From Nitrosopumilus sp. (GTDB lineage: Archaea; Thermoproteota; Nitrososphaeria; Nitrososphaerales; Nitrosopumilaceae), in assembly GCA_965204345.1 (NCBI GenBank), contig OZ241981.1:1056001-1120000 (forward strand): a stretch of 64,000 bases of DNA, in the 5' to 3' direction. Position numbers and translations under genes: made by a program. This document shows, one piece after another, positions 1 to 8,386 of this stretch (position 1 is the stretch's first letter; each line of letters opens with the position of its first letter). Below the pieces are notes generated by a model. It saw only the letters and a list, made by a program, of their open reading frames with translations, did no database searches and was not told where the DNA came from.

Positions 1-699
1 TGCCACAAACATGTTTTGATTGGCATCCCAAGTCATTCCCTGAGGGTTTCGGTGTCCTAGCGAATAAACCGGGGAATCAGAAAAAGGATTGTCCTCAGGG
101 ATGGTGCCATCATCGTTTAGTCTTAAGATTTTTCCTGACAGGGACTCAAGATCCTGTGGAAGATGAGATGCATCAGAAACAGTTCCTGTTCCCACGTACA
201 GCTTGTTATCAGGTCCAAACTTCATAAAGCCTCCATTTGTAAACGAAGATCCGGGGATTTTATCCAAGATTGTCTTGGCATTAACAAGTTTATTATCAGA
301 TTCGGTAATTTGGAGAATTTTGTTCCACAGCTTGTCATCTTCCTCATAGGTCAAAAACACATACAGTTTATGATTGGCAGAAAAGTTTGGATGCAACGCT
401 ATTCCCAACAATCCGCCATCAAAGACATCAGCAGTACGTAATGTGGTCAAAGGCGATTCTAACAGTGTGCTGTTTTGTATGACCCTGATTTTTCCATCTT
501 TTTCAGTTACAAAGATTCGATCATCGGATATGGCAATGGCACGAGGCTTGTTGAGATTCTCAGCCAGTACAGTTACAAAAGCATTCTCAGGAGTCGAGTT
601 TGGTTCAGGCAAGGGTATGGGATCATCAGGAGACGTCAAGACCAATACAGAAAATGCAATGGCGACAACAATTGCGCCAATCTGGATTCTTTTATCCAT
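1..699 (-). CDS. PQQ-dependent sugar (glucose/sorbosone) dehydrogenase, 3' end runs off the window
   Basis: Not in the ORF track. Manual translation: MDKRIQIGAIVVAIAFSVLVLT (membrane anchor)...LNKPRAIA...DGGLLGIALHPNF...FGPDNKLYVGTG...GKILRLNDDG...SLGHRNPQGMTWD, which are GSDH beta-propeller motifs. Confidence 0.9.
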   Translation of the reverse strand, partial: MDKRIQIGAIVVAIAFSVLVLTSPDDPIPLPEPNSTPENAFVTVLAENLNKPRAIAISDDRIFVTEKDGKIRVIQNSTLLESPLTTLRTADVFDGGLLGIALHPNFSANHKLYVFLTYEEDDKLWNKILQITESDNKLVNAKTILDKIPGSSFTNGGFMKFGPDNKLYVGTGTVSDASHLPQDLESLSGKILRLNDDGTIPEDNPFSDSPVYSLGHRNPQGMTWDANQNMFVA

Positions 700-780
700 G
701 AAGAGAAATCTTTTGAAATCCTATTAATTACTTTCAAAGATTAGATAAAGCGTATATACCGCACAACTTCATTTATCTTC

Positions 781-855
781 AGCGGGGTGGGGAAGCCAGG
801 TCATCCCGGCGGGCTCATAACCCGCAGTTCAGTAGTTCAAATCTACTCCCCGCTA
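781..855 (+). tRNA. initiator tRNA-Met (CAT)
   Basis: Cloverleaf AGCGGGG...CCCCGCTA with an A1:U72 pair, anticodon stem GCGGG/CCCGC (three G-C pairs), loop CTCATAA and T-loop TTCAAAT. Confidence 0.95.
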
Positions 856-862
856 CTACCAG

Positions 863-2203
863 TTAATTTCTGTAAACGCAAAACCATGAAAGCGACGCAT
901 CAAATTTTGAGGAGTCGTTTTTTGCACCAATTCGTTGCAAGGGTCTTGTAAGATGCCTGTGTGCGGAGATTTTTGGAAGATAAAGCTGCCTTTTGATCTT
1001 TCTTGAAATTTCAACAGGTATTTTTTTGGAGGCCTTTTTTCCACATCGAATACACTCAAATCCCTGATTGAGGCCTTTTGATTTCATTTTTTTGCTACAT
1101 TTTTTGCATGCAGGATTGGATGCAGTAATGTCCTTTGCAAGAGAAACAACGTCAATAAATTCCAGATTGATAGTCCTAGGATAATTTTTGGAGGCCTTTC
1201 GAACTCCGCCGCCCACGGATATCTTATCTCCCCTTAGCAGATTTGAGGCGATGTGAGTCATTCCGGTAGGTTTGTAGACAGCACACCAGAATTCATGATT
1301 GTTTGAAATGATTTTAAAGGATACATGCCCTCCCTTTGTGATTTTTGGGACGTTGCATACAACACCAGCAAGTCTTCCAGAAGCATAAGGCTTGATATTT
1401 TCAAAAGTTAGCTCGTTTTTCAAATGATCACCGGTTCCTTGATTTGATTTGAAGATCATATAACCATCAAGTTTTTCAGGAGTCTTTAGGATTTTAGTGG
1501 CATGAACTAGCGAGTCTACGTTTTCGCCCCTAACTCCATAGAAGACAGGATCAGGTCCATGAGGAGTAATCAAAACTCGGCCTTTTTTGGTATCAAAGCT
1601 ATTAAAGGTATCAGGAAAAGTTTTCTCTTGCATATCTTTTACGCTTTGAGCAGAAATTTTTCTTTCCTTTCCAAATTTTGGCTTTTTGCGATAGCTCAAA
1701 AGCTCCAAAGTATGATCATTAAAATCATAACCCATAGCGCCGATTGCGCCAACTAGTCCTTGTCCATTTCCTTGATAGTAAACTTCGAGATTATTTTTTT
1801 TGGCAAACTTTTTTGCTGTGTTACGACTGATTAGTTGCCATAAGGCTAGTTTGCTAAAACTAGTAAAGTCTGGCGGAATCAAGCTGCTTTGAAAGAATAC
1901 TAGCCCGGGGTTTGCGCCATTTTTAGTATCAGAATATTTTGAAACATAGTCTTTGATTTGGCTTTTTATTTTTGTGGGATTTTTTGTTTTGATTTTCATG
2001 GAAACGGCCCCGTTTCCTCTGGTTTTCCACGGAATGTTAGGATTAAATCGGATTAGCCTGGGAAAATCTAAAAATTCTGCATGTTGCTTTTGTAGTAAAT
2101 CGACTATTTTGTAAGCCAGAAAAGTCGTACACATTCCCTTAGGCGAATCAGTATCATCAAAGCCAACATGAAGAACAGTCTCTTTTTCCACAGATTTCCT
2201 CAC
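863..2203 (-). CDS. tiaS: tRNA(Ile2) 2-agmatinylcytidine synthetase
   Basis: GFDDTDS..GMCTT, NPNIPWKTRGNGA, PHGPDPVFYGVRG, SNQGTGDH, C-terminal Zn ribbon. Confidence 0.95.
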   Translation of the reverse strand: MRKSVEKETVLHVGFDDTDSPKGMCTTFLAYKIVDLLQKQHAEFLDFPRLIRFNPNIPWKTRGNGAVSMKIKTKNPTKIKSQIKDYVSKYSDTKNGANPGLVFFQSSLIPPDFTSFSKLALWQLISRNTAKKFAKKNNLEVYYQGNGQGLVGAIGAMGYDFNDHTLELLSYRKKPKFGKERKISAQSVKDMQEKTFPDTFNSFDTKKGRVLITPHGPDPVFYGVRGENVDSLVHATKILKTPEKLDGYMIFKSNQGTGDHLKNELTFENIKPYASGRLAGVVCNVPKITKGGHVSFKIISNNHEFWCAVYKPTGMTHIASNLLRGDKISVGGGVRKASKNYPRTINLEFIDVVSLAKDITASNPACKKCSKKMKSKGLNQGFECIRCGKKASKKIPVEISRKIKRQLYLPKISAHRHLTRPLQRIGAKNDSSKFDASLSWFCVYRN

Positions 2204-2254
2204 CAGCTAAGACATTTTTAGTTGTTGAGGCTACAGTTGGTTTAAATTAATAAT

Positions 2255-3268
2255 ATGATATTCCAAGCTGAATTGATCATAGTAGACAATGAAAGGATTT
2301 TCAAGGAAATCGAGGAAAAAAACCCTGCATCAGTTTCATTAAACGGACCTGACGGGATACTGCCGCAAGTTCAAGAGACTGCAATGAAGATTACAAAAAA
2401 GTTTGGAATTCCCGCATATGTTCTAGCCGATACAACTTGGGGAACATGCGATCTCAATGTCAACGGTGCAAAGGTTTTGGGCTCTGAAATTCAATTTAAC
2501 ATCGGACACACAATCAATACAGAATCACTAGAAAAAAATTTGGTGTTAATTGATGCATTTGATGATGTTGAGTTTGATAGTGTTGCAAAAAAATGCACAG
2601 AGATCCTAAGGGGAAAAATCATCTCATTGGTTACAGACAGCCAGCATTTGCATCAAGTCGACAAAGTAGAAAAGATACTAGCCCAAGGCGGAATTAAAGT
2701 CAGAATCGGAAAAGGCAGGGGGCAGCTAAATGACGGACAGGTTTTTGGTTGTGAGTTTTACCCTGCATCGGAATTAAAAAAAGAGGTTGACGCGTATGTC
2801 TTTTTGGGACAGAGTAACTTTCATGCAGCAGGAATTGCACTGTCAACTAATTTGCCAACATATGTTTTGGATCCATACTTTAACGAAGTCAGGGAAGTTA
2901 CAGAATTTGCCCAGAAACTAAAAAAGAAAGCCACTCTTGCAATATACAAGGCAGCTGAGGCACAGTCGTTTGGCGTAATTGTGGGGTTAAAAGAAGGTCA
3001 GCTATCCAAAGTCTTTGCATTAAAGATCAAAAAAGAGTTGGAATCAGAAGGCAAGGATGTTCAGTTGTTTGCATTAACTGACATTACAAATGACAGACTG
3101 AGAAATTTGAAAGGGATAGATGCGTTTATCCAAGTGGCATGCCCAAGAATTTCTACAGACAACCAGTTTGACAAGCCTGTTTTGTCCACTCCACAAGCAA
3201 ATGCCCTCTTGAAAATTTTAAGAAAAGAGAGTATTGATGAATACTTGGAAATTCCGCACTGGTTATAG
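2255..3268 (+). CDS. dph2: diphthamide biosynthesis enzyme Dph2
   Basis: WGTCD, GQVFGC and ACPRI cysteine motifs. Confidence 0.93.
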   Translation: MIFQAELIIVDNERIFKEIEEKNPASVSLNGPDGILPQVQETAMKITKKFGIPAYVLADTTWGTCDLNVNGAKVLGSEIQFNIGHTINTESLEKNLVLIDAFDDVEFDSVAKKCTEILRGKIISLVTDSQHLHQVDKVEKILAQGGIKVRIGKGRGQLNDGQVFGCEFYPASELKKEVDAYVFLGQSNFHAAGIALSTNLPTYVLDPYFNEVREVTEFAQKLKKKATLAIYKAAEAQSFGVIVGLKEGQLSKVFALKIKKELESEGKDVQLFALTDITNDRLRNLKGIDAFIQVACPRISTDNQFDKPVLSTPQANALLKILRKESIDEYLEIPHWL

Positions 3269-3270
3269 CG

Positions 3271-3897
3271 TTACAGCACTAGATTTTGAAATCTAGAGTT
3301 GTTGGAGAATTTTTCAAATAGTTTTGATTTTTTTGCCTTAGTTTTGTATTGCATGCCCTGAGAAATGGCATGCTCCAACAAATCCAGAGCCTCATCGTAC
3401 TGGGATAGCATTACAAGGCAGCAGGATTTGTCAAACAACACATCTCCATTATCAGGATAATCATTCAATATTTCATTGCAGCATAAAACGGATTCTTTAA
3501 AACTGCCCATAGAAAACAAAATTCTTTCCTTATGATATAGGGCAATATTGTATCTTGGGTTATCACTTAGAATCGCATCACAAATAGATAGTGCCTCCTC
3601 GTTGAGTGTGCCCCGCTTACGAAATGACGAGATTTTATTAACTAGTACAGATGTGTCGCCTGGAGAAATAGCCAATGCCGCATCATAGCACTTTATCGCG
3701 CCATCAAAATCTTTTAGTTTGCTCAGCGCATATCCCTTGTTGTTAAGGGAGCTAAGATGTTTAGGGTTTTCATTTAAGATCTTATCATAATAACGGACTG
3801 CTTGCTGGAATTTTCCCTGTAGGAACAGCCTGTTTGCCTCATCCAAAATAGAATTTGTTTTAGAATGAACGTCATTATCAGGATTCATATCAGTCAA
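3271..3897 (-). CDS. TPR-repeat protein
   Basis: Repeated TPR helices, e.g. NNKGYALSKLKDFDGAIKCYDAAL. Confidence 0.85.
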   Translation of the reverse strand: MTDMNPDNDVHSKTNSILDEANRLFLQGKFQQAVRYYDKILNENPKHLSSLNNKGYALSKLKDFDGAIKCYDAALAISPGDTSVLVNKISSFRKRGTLNEEALSICDAILSDNPRYNIALYHKERILFSMGSFKESVLCCNEILNDYPDNGDVLFDKSCCLVMLSQYDEALDLLEHAISQGMQYKTKAKKSKLFEKFSNNSRFQNLVL

Positions 3898-4981
3898 GAC
3901 CTGGTTTGATCAGGATTTTTCCAAACATGCCCTTTCCAGTCAACATCTTCGTATGAGCCTTGGGGGCATCTTCCAAGGAATATACAGAATCAATGACTGA
4001 CCTTATTTTTCCCTTTGACATCCAATACAGGCCTTCTTCTAATTCAGCCCTTGTGCCCTGCGTGGAACCCAGAATGTTTATGCCCTTAAAGAAAATATGG
4101 CGCAGATCAGTTTTAGCATCATAACCTGTTGTTGCACCGGTTGTAATAATAGTCCCACCATAATTTAGCAGAGTCAATTCCTTGTTCCAATGAGAACCTC
4201 CAATATGTTCAAAAATCACATTTACGCCGGTGGCATCACCAAACGGTCTTGGGATTTTCTTTGCAATTGATCTTACTTTTTTGTGCCAATCTTCCCTTCT
4301 GTGATCTACTGCAAAATCAGCCCCAAGGTCTAATAATTTGTCTAGTTTGTCAGGACTTGCAGTTGCTATAACGGTACATCCAAAAAGCTTGGCAATTTGA
4401 ATTCCATAGTTTCCTACTCCAGAACTGCCACCCATGATCAAGACTATTTGACCGGGCTGAATTTTTGCCCTGCCAACTAACATATGCCAGGAAGTCAGCA
4501 GAGTCATTGATGCTGCCGCAGCCTGATCATATGAGAGGCCCTCTGGAATTTTTACAACGTTAACTTCTGGAAGATGTGTAAATTCACAATAGCCTCCCCA
4601 TAGCGGACCGGTTTGAAAACCCCAAATGGTTCGCCTCCTACAATCAAATTCCCTTCCATCAGTGCACGCTTTGCAAACCCTGCAAGACATGTTTCCATGT
4701 GAAACCACTCTGTCTCCAACCTTGATATTTTTGACATCGCTGCCAACTGCAGTTACTACACCTGCAGCGTCCGTTCCAGAAATATGTGGCAGGGGGATTG
4801 CCAAGGGTTTTCCTCGCATTCCCCAAATATCATCATAATTCAGAGCAGCTGCCTTTACTTTGAATACAACTTCGTTTGATTTTGGCTGGGGGATTGGGAT
4901 ATCCTTGACCTGTAGGATTTTAGAAAAATTATCATCTGTGGTATATTCGTCATAGACTAGTGCCCTCATGATTTTTATCAA
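3890..4981 (-). CDS. Zn-binding MDR dehydrogenase/reductase (candidate acryloyl-CoA reductase family)
   Basis: GroES-type ADH, CRVCKAC..C structural Zn site, MGGSSGVG nucleotide motif; close paralog at 54077-55156. True start probably the Met at 4969. Confidence 0.85.
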   Translation of the reverse strand: MIKIMRALVYDEYTTDDNFSKILQVKDIPIPQPKSNEVVFKVKAAALNYDDIWGMRGKPLAIPLPHISGTDAAGVVTAVGSDVKNIKVGDRVVSHGNMSCRVCKACTDGREFDCRRRTIWGFQTGPLWGGYCEFTHLPEVNVVKIPEGLSYDQAAAASMTLLTSWHMLVGRAKIQPGQIVLIMGGSSGVGNYGIQIAKLFGCTVIATASPDKLDKLLDLGADFAVDHRREDWHKKVRSIAKKIPRPFGDATGVNVIFEHIGGSHWNKELTLLNYGGTIITTGATTGYDAKTDLRHIFFKGINILGSTQGTRAELEEGLYWMSKGKIRSVIDSVYSLEDAPKAHTKMLTGKGMFGKILIKPGLD

Positions 4982-5326
4982 ATTTTTAAAGATATATGAT
5001 TTGTTGGGCTCTTAGGGTATACACAGAAAGATGGAGTATTATTAGCATATTTGGAACATGTCCAATCAAGGCTCCTTTTTGAGCTGTATTTACCATATAT
5101 CCATTGTCTCAAAATATGTCACAATTTCACAAATAACTTACAGGTATTTTTTGTTAGATTTGATATAATATTTCATAAGCCATTTTAGGAAATGAATTTC
5201 ATCGTTGTTGTTTAAGTGAGATTTTTCGATTCTGTTGCGTTCATGAGGGATAGACACTAGAGCTAAATTTGGTTTAGCCTGGTTTTTCACATATCAGTAA
5301 TGATTCCCGGCAGTAATAGATTTACA

Positions 5327-5365
5327 CAATCTTAAACATTAACGTACCCTTTCTTTGTTCCAGTA
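5327..5365 (+). repeat. 39-bp dispersed repeat, copy 1
   Basis: CAATCTTAAACATTAACGTACCCTTTCTTTGTTCCAGTA, identical to 30715-30753. Confidence 0.9.
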
Positions 5366-5366
5366 A

Positions 5367-6011
5367 GGCAAGACTGTAAATCATTCTACGATATATCGCT
5401 GGCTGGTCAAATATACTGATATGATATCCAAACACACAGACGCCATAACCCCAATGGTGTCTAACAGATGGAGAACTGATGAACTGCATGCCAAGTTTAG
5501 CGGTATGCTAAAATGGGTCTATACCATGATGGATGATGAAACAAGATTCATGATTGCACAGCAAATATCCGATAAGAAATATACTGAAAACATAAGACCA
5601 ATATTTAGGATGTCAGAAAGGCAGGCAGGCATGATTCCTCATACTTTGATCTCAGATTCAGCCCCAAACTTCCATGATGCATGGAAGGCAGAATGGAGGC
5701 AAAGAAATTCAGACAGAAAATTGACTTCCCATGTTCGTCATACCCACATAGCAAGAGACATGAACAATAACAAGATGGAGCGTCTTAACGGAACCATGAG
5801 GGATTGGGAGACGGTTAGACGTGGACTGAAAAAAGAGGACGGTTCAATGTTCAGGCAATTTAGAATATACTATAACTTTATCAAAAATCACAGTGGCATA
5901 AATGGCAAGATGTCTGCTGAAGAATCCCTGATTTTCGTATCCGGTAATAACAAGCAGCTCACACTAATGCAAAACGCAAGTTTGGAGAGGAGTAGAAATG
6001 TCGGGCTTTAG
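5367..6011 (+). pseudogene. 5'-truncated IS6-family DDE transposase
   Basis: The frame opens after TAA at 5364-5366 with GKTVNHSTIYRWL (HTH), then WRTDE, LISD and NNNKMERLNG DDE motifs, and YYNF. The N-terminus is missing. Confidence 0.85.
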
Positions 6012-6267
6012 ATGCAGAGTCTGTTTTTTGAACTATGATGATGATGATCAAAAGGCAGATAGTGTGCTGTTCATGGGCATTTTGACTCACATGTGCAAGG
6101 AATGTAAAAGAACAGGCAATACAAAGAGAAACACCATCTGCTGTGAATTTTGTGATGAAAAGCGTGATGATCTCAAAGAGTATGTGGAAGATGATCTCAA
6201 AATATTGCTCTGTGATAGATGCAGAAAAGAAGCCGAGGAACAGAGAAACGATCCCAGGTACTTGTAA
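5998..6267 (+). CDS. small Cys-rich protein (4 x CxxC), passenger gene inside the IS
   Basis: CRVC, CKEC, CEFC, CDRC; overlaps the transposase stop; lies inside the inverted repeats. Confidence 0.6.
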   Translation: MSGFRCRVCFLNYDDDDQKADSVLFMGILTHMCKECKRTGNTKRNTICCEFCDEKRDDLKEYVEDDLKILLCDRCRKEAEEQRNDPRYL

Positions 6268-6354
6268 GCTGGTGTGTTTGCAGGTCTTGATTAAAACTTG
6301 TTCTACCAGACAGATTCGCGCCTATACCTCATGAACGCAACAGAACCTGCAATA

Positions 6355-6370
6355 CCGAACCTTTAAAAAA
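6355..6370 (+). promoter_or_regulatory. BRE/TATA-like promoter for the putative ncRNA
   Basis: CCGAAC-C-TTTAAAAAA centred about 26 nt upstream of the structured RNA at 6392. Confidence 0.55.
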
Positions 6371-6391
6371 TAGTAATTGATAGTGTTATTA

Positions 6392-6447
6392 CGGTTCCGT
6401 TGGTGTAATGCTAACTATGAGACTTGGAAACAAGAGCTCAGGAATCG
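6392..6447 (+). ncRNA. putative DUF3800-associated three-way-junction RNA
   Basis: P1 CGGTTCC(6392-98)/GGAATCG(6441-47); P2 GTTGGTG-TAA-TGCTAAC(6399-6415); P3 TGAG.CTTG-GAAA-CAAG..CTCA(6418-6440). G-U pairs and the GNRA tetraloop favour the + strand. It abuts the DUF3800 stop codon. Confidence 0.7.
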
Positions 6448-6450
6448 CCT

Positions 6451-7194
6451 TTAGATTTCAACATTCTCTACTTTGTACGACCCATAATCTAATCGATAAT
6501 ACTTGTCTTTGATTGACAACCATCTAGTTTGAGAGGAATTAGAAGTGGTTTGCTTTATCCATACAGCATATGCAAAAAAATCTGCAAGTTGCAGTATTGG
6601 TGATGTTTTGGGATCTCCATTTTCTACATGACCTCGTATATTATCAAGCTTCTTGTAATGCCTAAACTGCAAAATTTCTTTTAATCCTTTGATGGTTCGT
6701 TCTGTCTTTTTTCTAGCCTTTTTGTTAAATTTCTCATAAATTGCCCTGCCTTCAGCATCATGCTCTTCAAGAAAATCTTGGAATCTCTCCAGCAGTATCA
6801 AGATAGCATATGCTTTGGGGTCTGCTGACATACCATATTTTGTACAGTGACTGTCTAGATTTATTGTAACTGACAAAAGATGACAGTTTGATTTTTTGAT
6901 AAGTTCAAACATATCATTGGCTAGCTGAAATCTTTGAGTGTCTAATAATTTATCATATGGAGGGCGTTTGTTTCTTAATGGATGATAATGAATCTTGAAA
7001 TTTTCAGGTAGTATTGTCTTTGAAAAATATCTGTTACTTATGGAGTTAATTTCATTATTGAGTTTTATTTTTAATATATCATCTACTATGATCCCAGCTA
7101 GAGTGAAAAATTTAGAACTTCCATCTATTACTTTATTATGTTTGTCTAAATAATCCCCTGCATCTCCACTTTCATCAATATACAAGTAATACAC
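6451..7194 (-). CDS. DUF3800 domain protein (RNase H-like fold)
   Basis: N-terminal YLYIDESGD, F(T)LAGII, IHYH, and C-terminal LQLADFFAYAV motifs. Confidence 0.9.
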   Translation of the reverse strand: MYYLYIDESGDAGDYLDKHNKVIDGSSKFFTLAGIIVDDILKIKLNNEINSISNRYFSKTILPENFKIHYHPLRNKRPPYDKLLDTQRFQLANDMFELIKKSNCHLLSVTINLDSHCTKYGMSADPKAYAILILLERFQDFLEEHDAEGRAIYEKFNKKARKKTERTIKGLKEILQFRHYKKLDNIRGHVENGDPKTSPILQLADFFAYAVWIKQTTSNSSQTRWLSIKDKYYRLDYGSYKVENVEI

Positions 7195-7383
7195 AGTTTC
7201 AAAATATAGTATATGTGATAAAAAAATTGAATGTGTTTACTGTTAACTTGAAGATTTATTATTTTGACAACAAGATTTAATTTTTAAAATTTTGATTTTA
7301 ACATTAACTATTGACTGTGGCGATCAGTCTACTATCAGACACTAGAGAATATTTCATATAACTCCCACATCACTTTTCTCACA

Positions 7384-7557
7384 ATGGTCAGCCATGATTT
7401 TGTAATTCTAGATTATTCTCATATGAGATAATATAGAAATCATACATGTGTAAAGTGTGAGAAATCAGTTATAATTGGTGGCTCTAGTCACTCTCAAAGA
7501 ACAAAACGTTCGAAAAAATCACACCATAAAACATGTTGGGAAGCAATGTACCATTAG
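7384..7557 (+). pseudogene. small CxxC...HxxC zinc-finger gene with an internal stop
   Basis: MVSHDFVILDYSHMR*YRNHTCVKCEKSVIIG...HHKTCWEAMYH*. Confidence 0.5.
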
Positions 7558-7702
7558 TATGAAAAGCCTCTACTGCAAAGCGGTTTTACATGTGTTTTAT
7601 TGCCTGTATTTTGTATTTGAAAACTCAAAAAATGAAATTCTGAAATCTCTTATCATACATCAATTCGAAATTTCTAAATTATGCTAAATATAATGATACA
7701 AA

Positions 7703-8047
7703 ATGGATTTAGATAAAATACAAAAGGTACAAGATCTGATTGACTCAGGCAGGGGAGACATGGGAAGAAATGAATTTATTTTAAATTCACTTCAAAATGG
7801 AAAGAAACTATACAATACAGATATACTGTATCTCAAGATTCAGACTCAAAAGCTAGATGAGAAGATAGTATCACTGCAACCCTCCAAAAAGAAGCCAAAA
7901 AGAGAGCCTGCATTAAGCGATGATGAGATTGACAAAATTTTAGCAGAACATGACAAAAAATATGCACAAAAGAAGAAAATCCCCCAAGAACCAATGCCTA
8001 AAAATACAGTTAGAGCCAAAATAAAGAATTTCTTTTCAAGAAACTAG
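7703..8047 (+). CDS. hypothetical protein
   Basis: Clean 114-aa ORF; the N-terminal LIDSGRGDMGRNEFILNSL pattern is seen in thaumarchaeal hypotheticals. Confidence 0.7.
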   Translation: MDLDKIQKVQDLIDSGRGDMGRNEFILNSLQNGKKLYNTDILYLKIQTQKLDEKIVSLQPSKKKPKREPALSDDEIDKILAEHDKKYAQKKKIPQEPMPKNTVRAKIKNFFSRN

Positions 8048-8049
8048 AT

Positions 8050-8156
8050 GTAATGTAATATCAATTTCTTTTTTCTTGTTGTACCCAAACAGTATCATCT
8101 CGTACCGGTGCCGCCACGTAGTAATGTAATATCAATTTCTTTTTTCTTGTTGTACC
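8050..8156. repeat. 36-bp perfect direct repeat flanking a 35-bp unique insert (CRISPR-like single unit)
   Basis: GTAATGTAATATCAATTTCTTTTTTCTTGTTGTACC at 8050-8085 and 8121-8156; insert CAAACAGTATCATCTCGTACCGGTGCCGCCACGTA. Confidence 0.9.
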
Positions 8157-8347
8157 AGCAATAATCTCTGCCTTGCTTGGTTACCCCTTGGCTTTGTTCT
8201 AAGAGCCATTCCACAACAGGGACAGTTGGTGCCATCCCAATGTATGAAAATTTCACAAGAGGTGCAACGCTTTTGGCCAGATCTGTACCTTGTCTCTCCA
8301 ACCTTTTTTAGTGCTCTATATCTTGTGCAGATTCCACGACAGGGCAT
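8132..8347 (-). CDS. thaumarchaeal Cys-rich Zn-binding small protein
   Basis: CxGICxRY...GQKRCxxCEIFIxW.G..CPCCG..LRTKPR; paralog at 38785-39255. Confidence 0.85.
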   Translation of the reverse strand: MPCRGICTRYRALKKVGETRYRSGQKRCTSCEIFIHWDGTNCPCCGMALRTKPRGNQARQRLLLVQQEKRN

Positions 8348-8386
8348 GTTTTGAATATATGAAAATGATTATTTCTAGTCTTGGAA

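Larger units (their letters stand above)
5228..6347 (+). mobile_element. decayed IS6-family insertion element
   Basis: 26-bp terminal inverted repeats: GATTCTGTTGCGTTCATGAGGGATAG (5228-5253) and the reverse complement of 6322-6347, GGTTCTGTTGCGTTCATGAGGTATAG (2 mismatches). Ends resemble IS257/IS26 GG(T/C)(T/A)CTGTTGC. Encloses a DDE transposase remnant. No target-site duplication seen. Confidence 0.85.

Noticed and set aside
163-744. Plus-strand ORFs in the track (and similar antisense ORFs across the window)
   Set aside because: They are shadows of well-supported genes on the opposite strand.
781-2203. CAT-anticodon tRNA next to tiaS as its tRNA-Ile2 substrate
   Set aside because: A1:U72 and three G-C anticodon-stem pairs identify the initiator Met tRNA, not Ile2.
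6392-6447. tRNA gene or attachment site (starts GGTTCCGTTGGTGTAA)
   Set aside because: No T-loop, anticodon arm or CCA; it folds as a three-way junction, so it is reported as an ncRNA instead.
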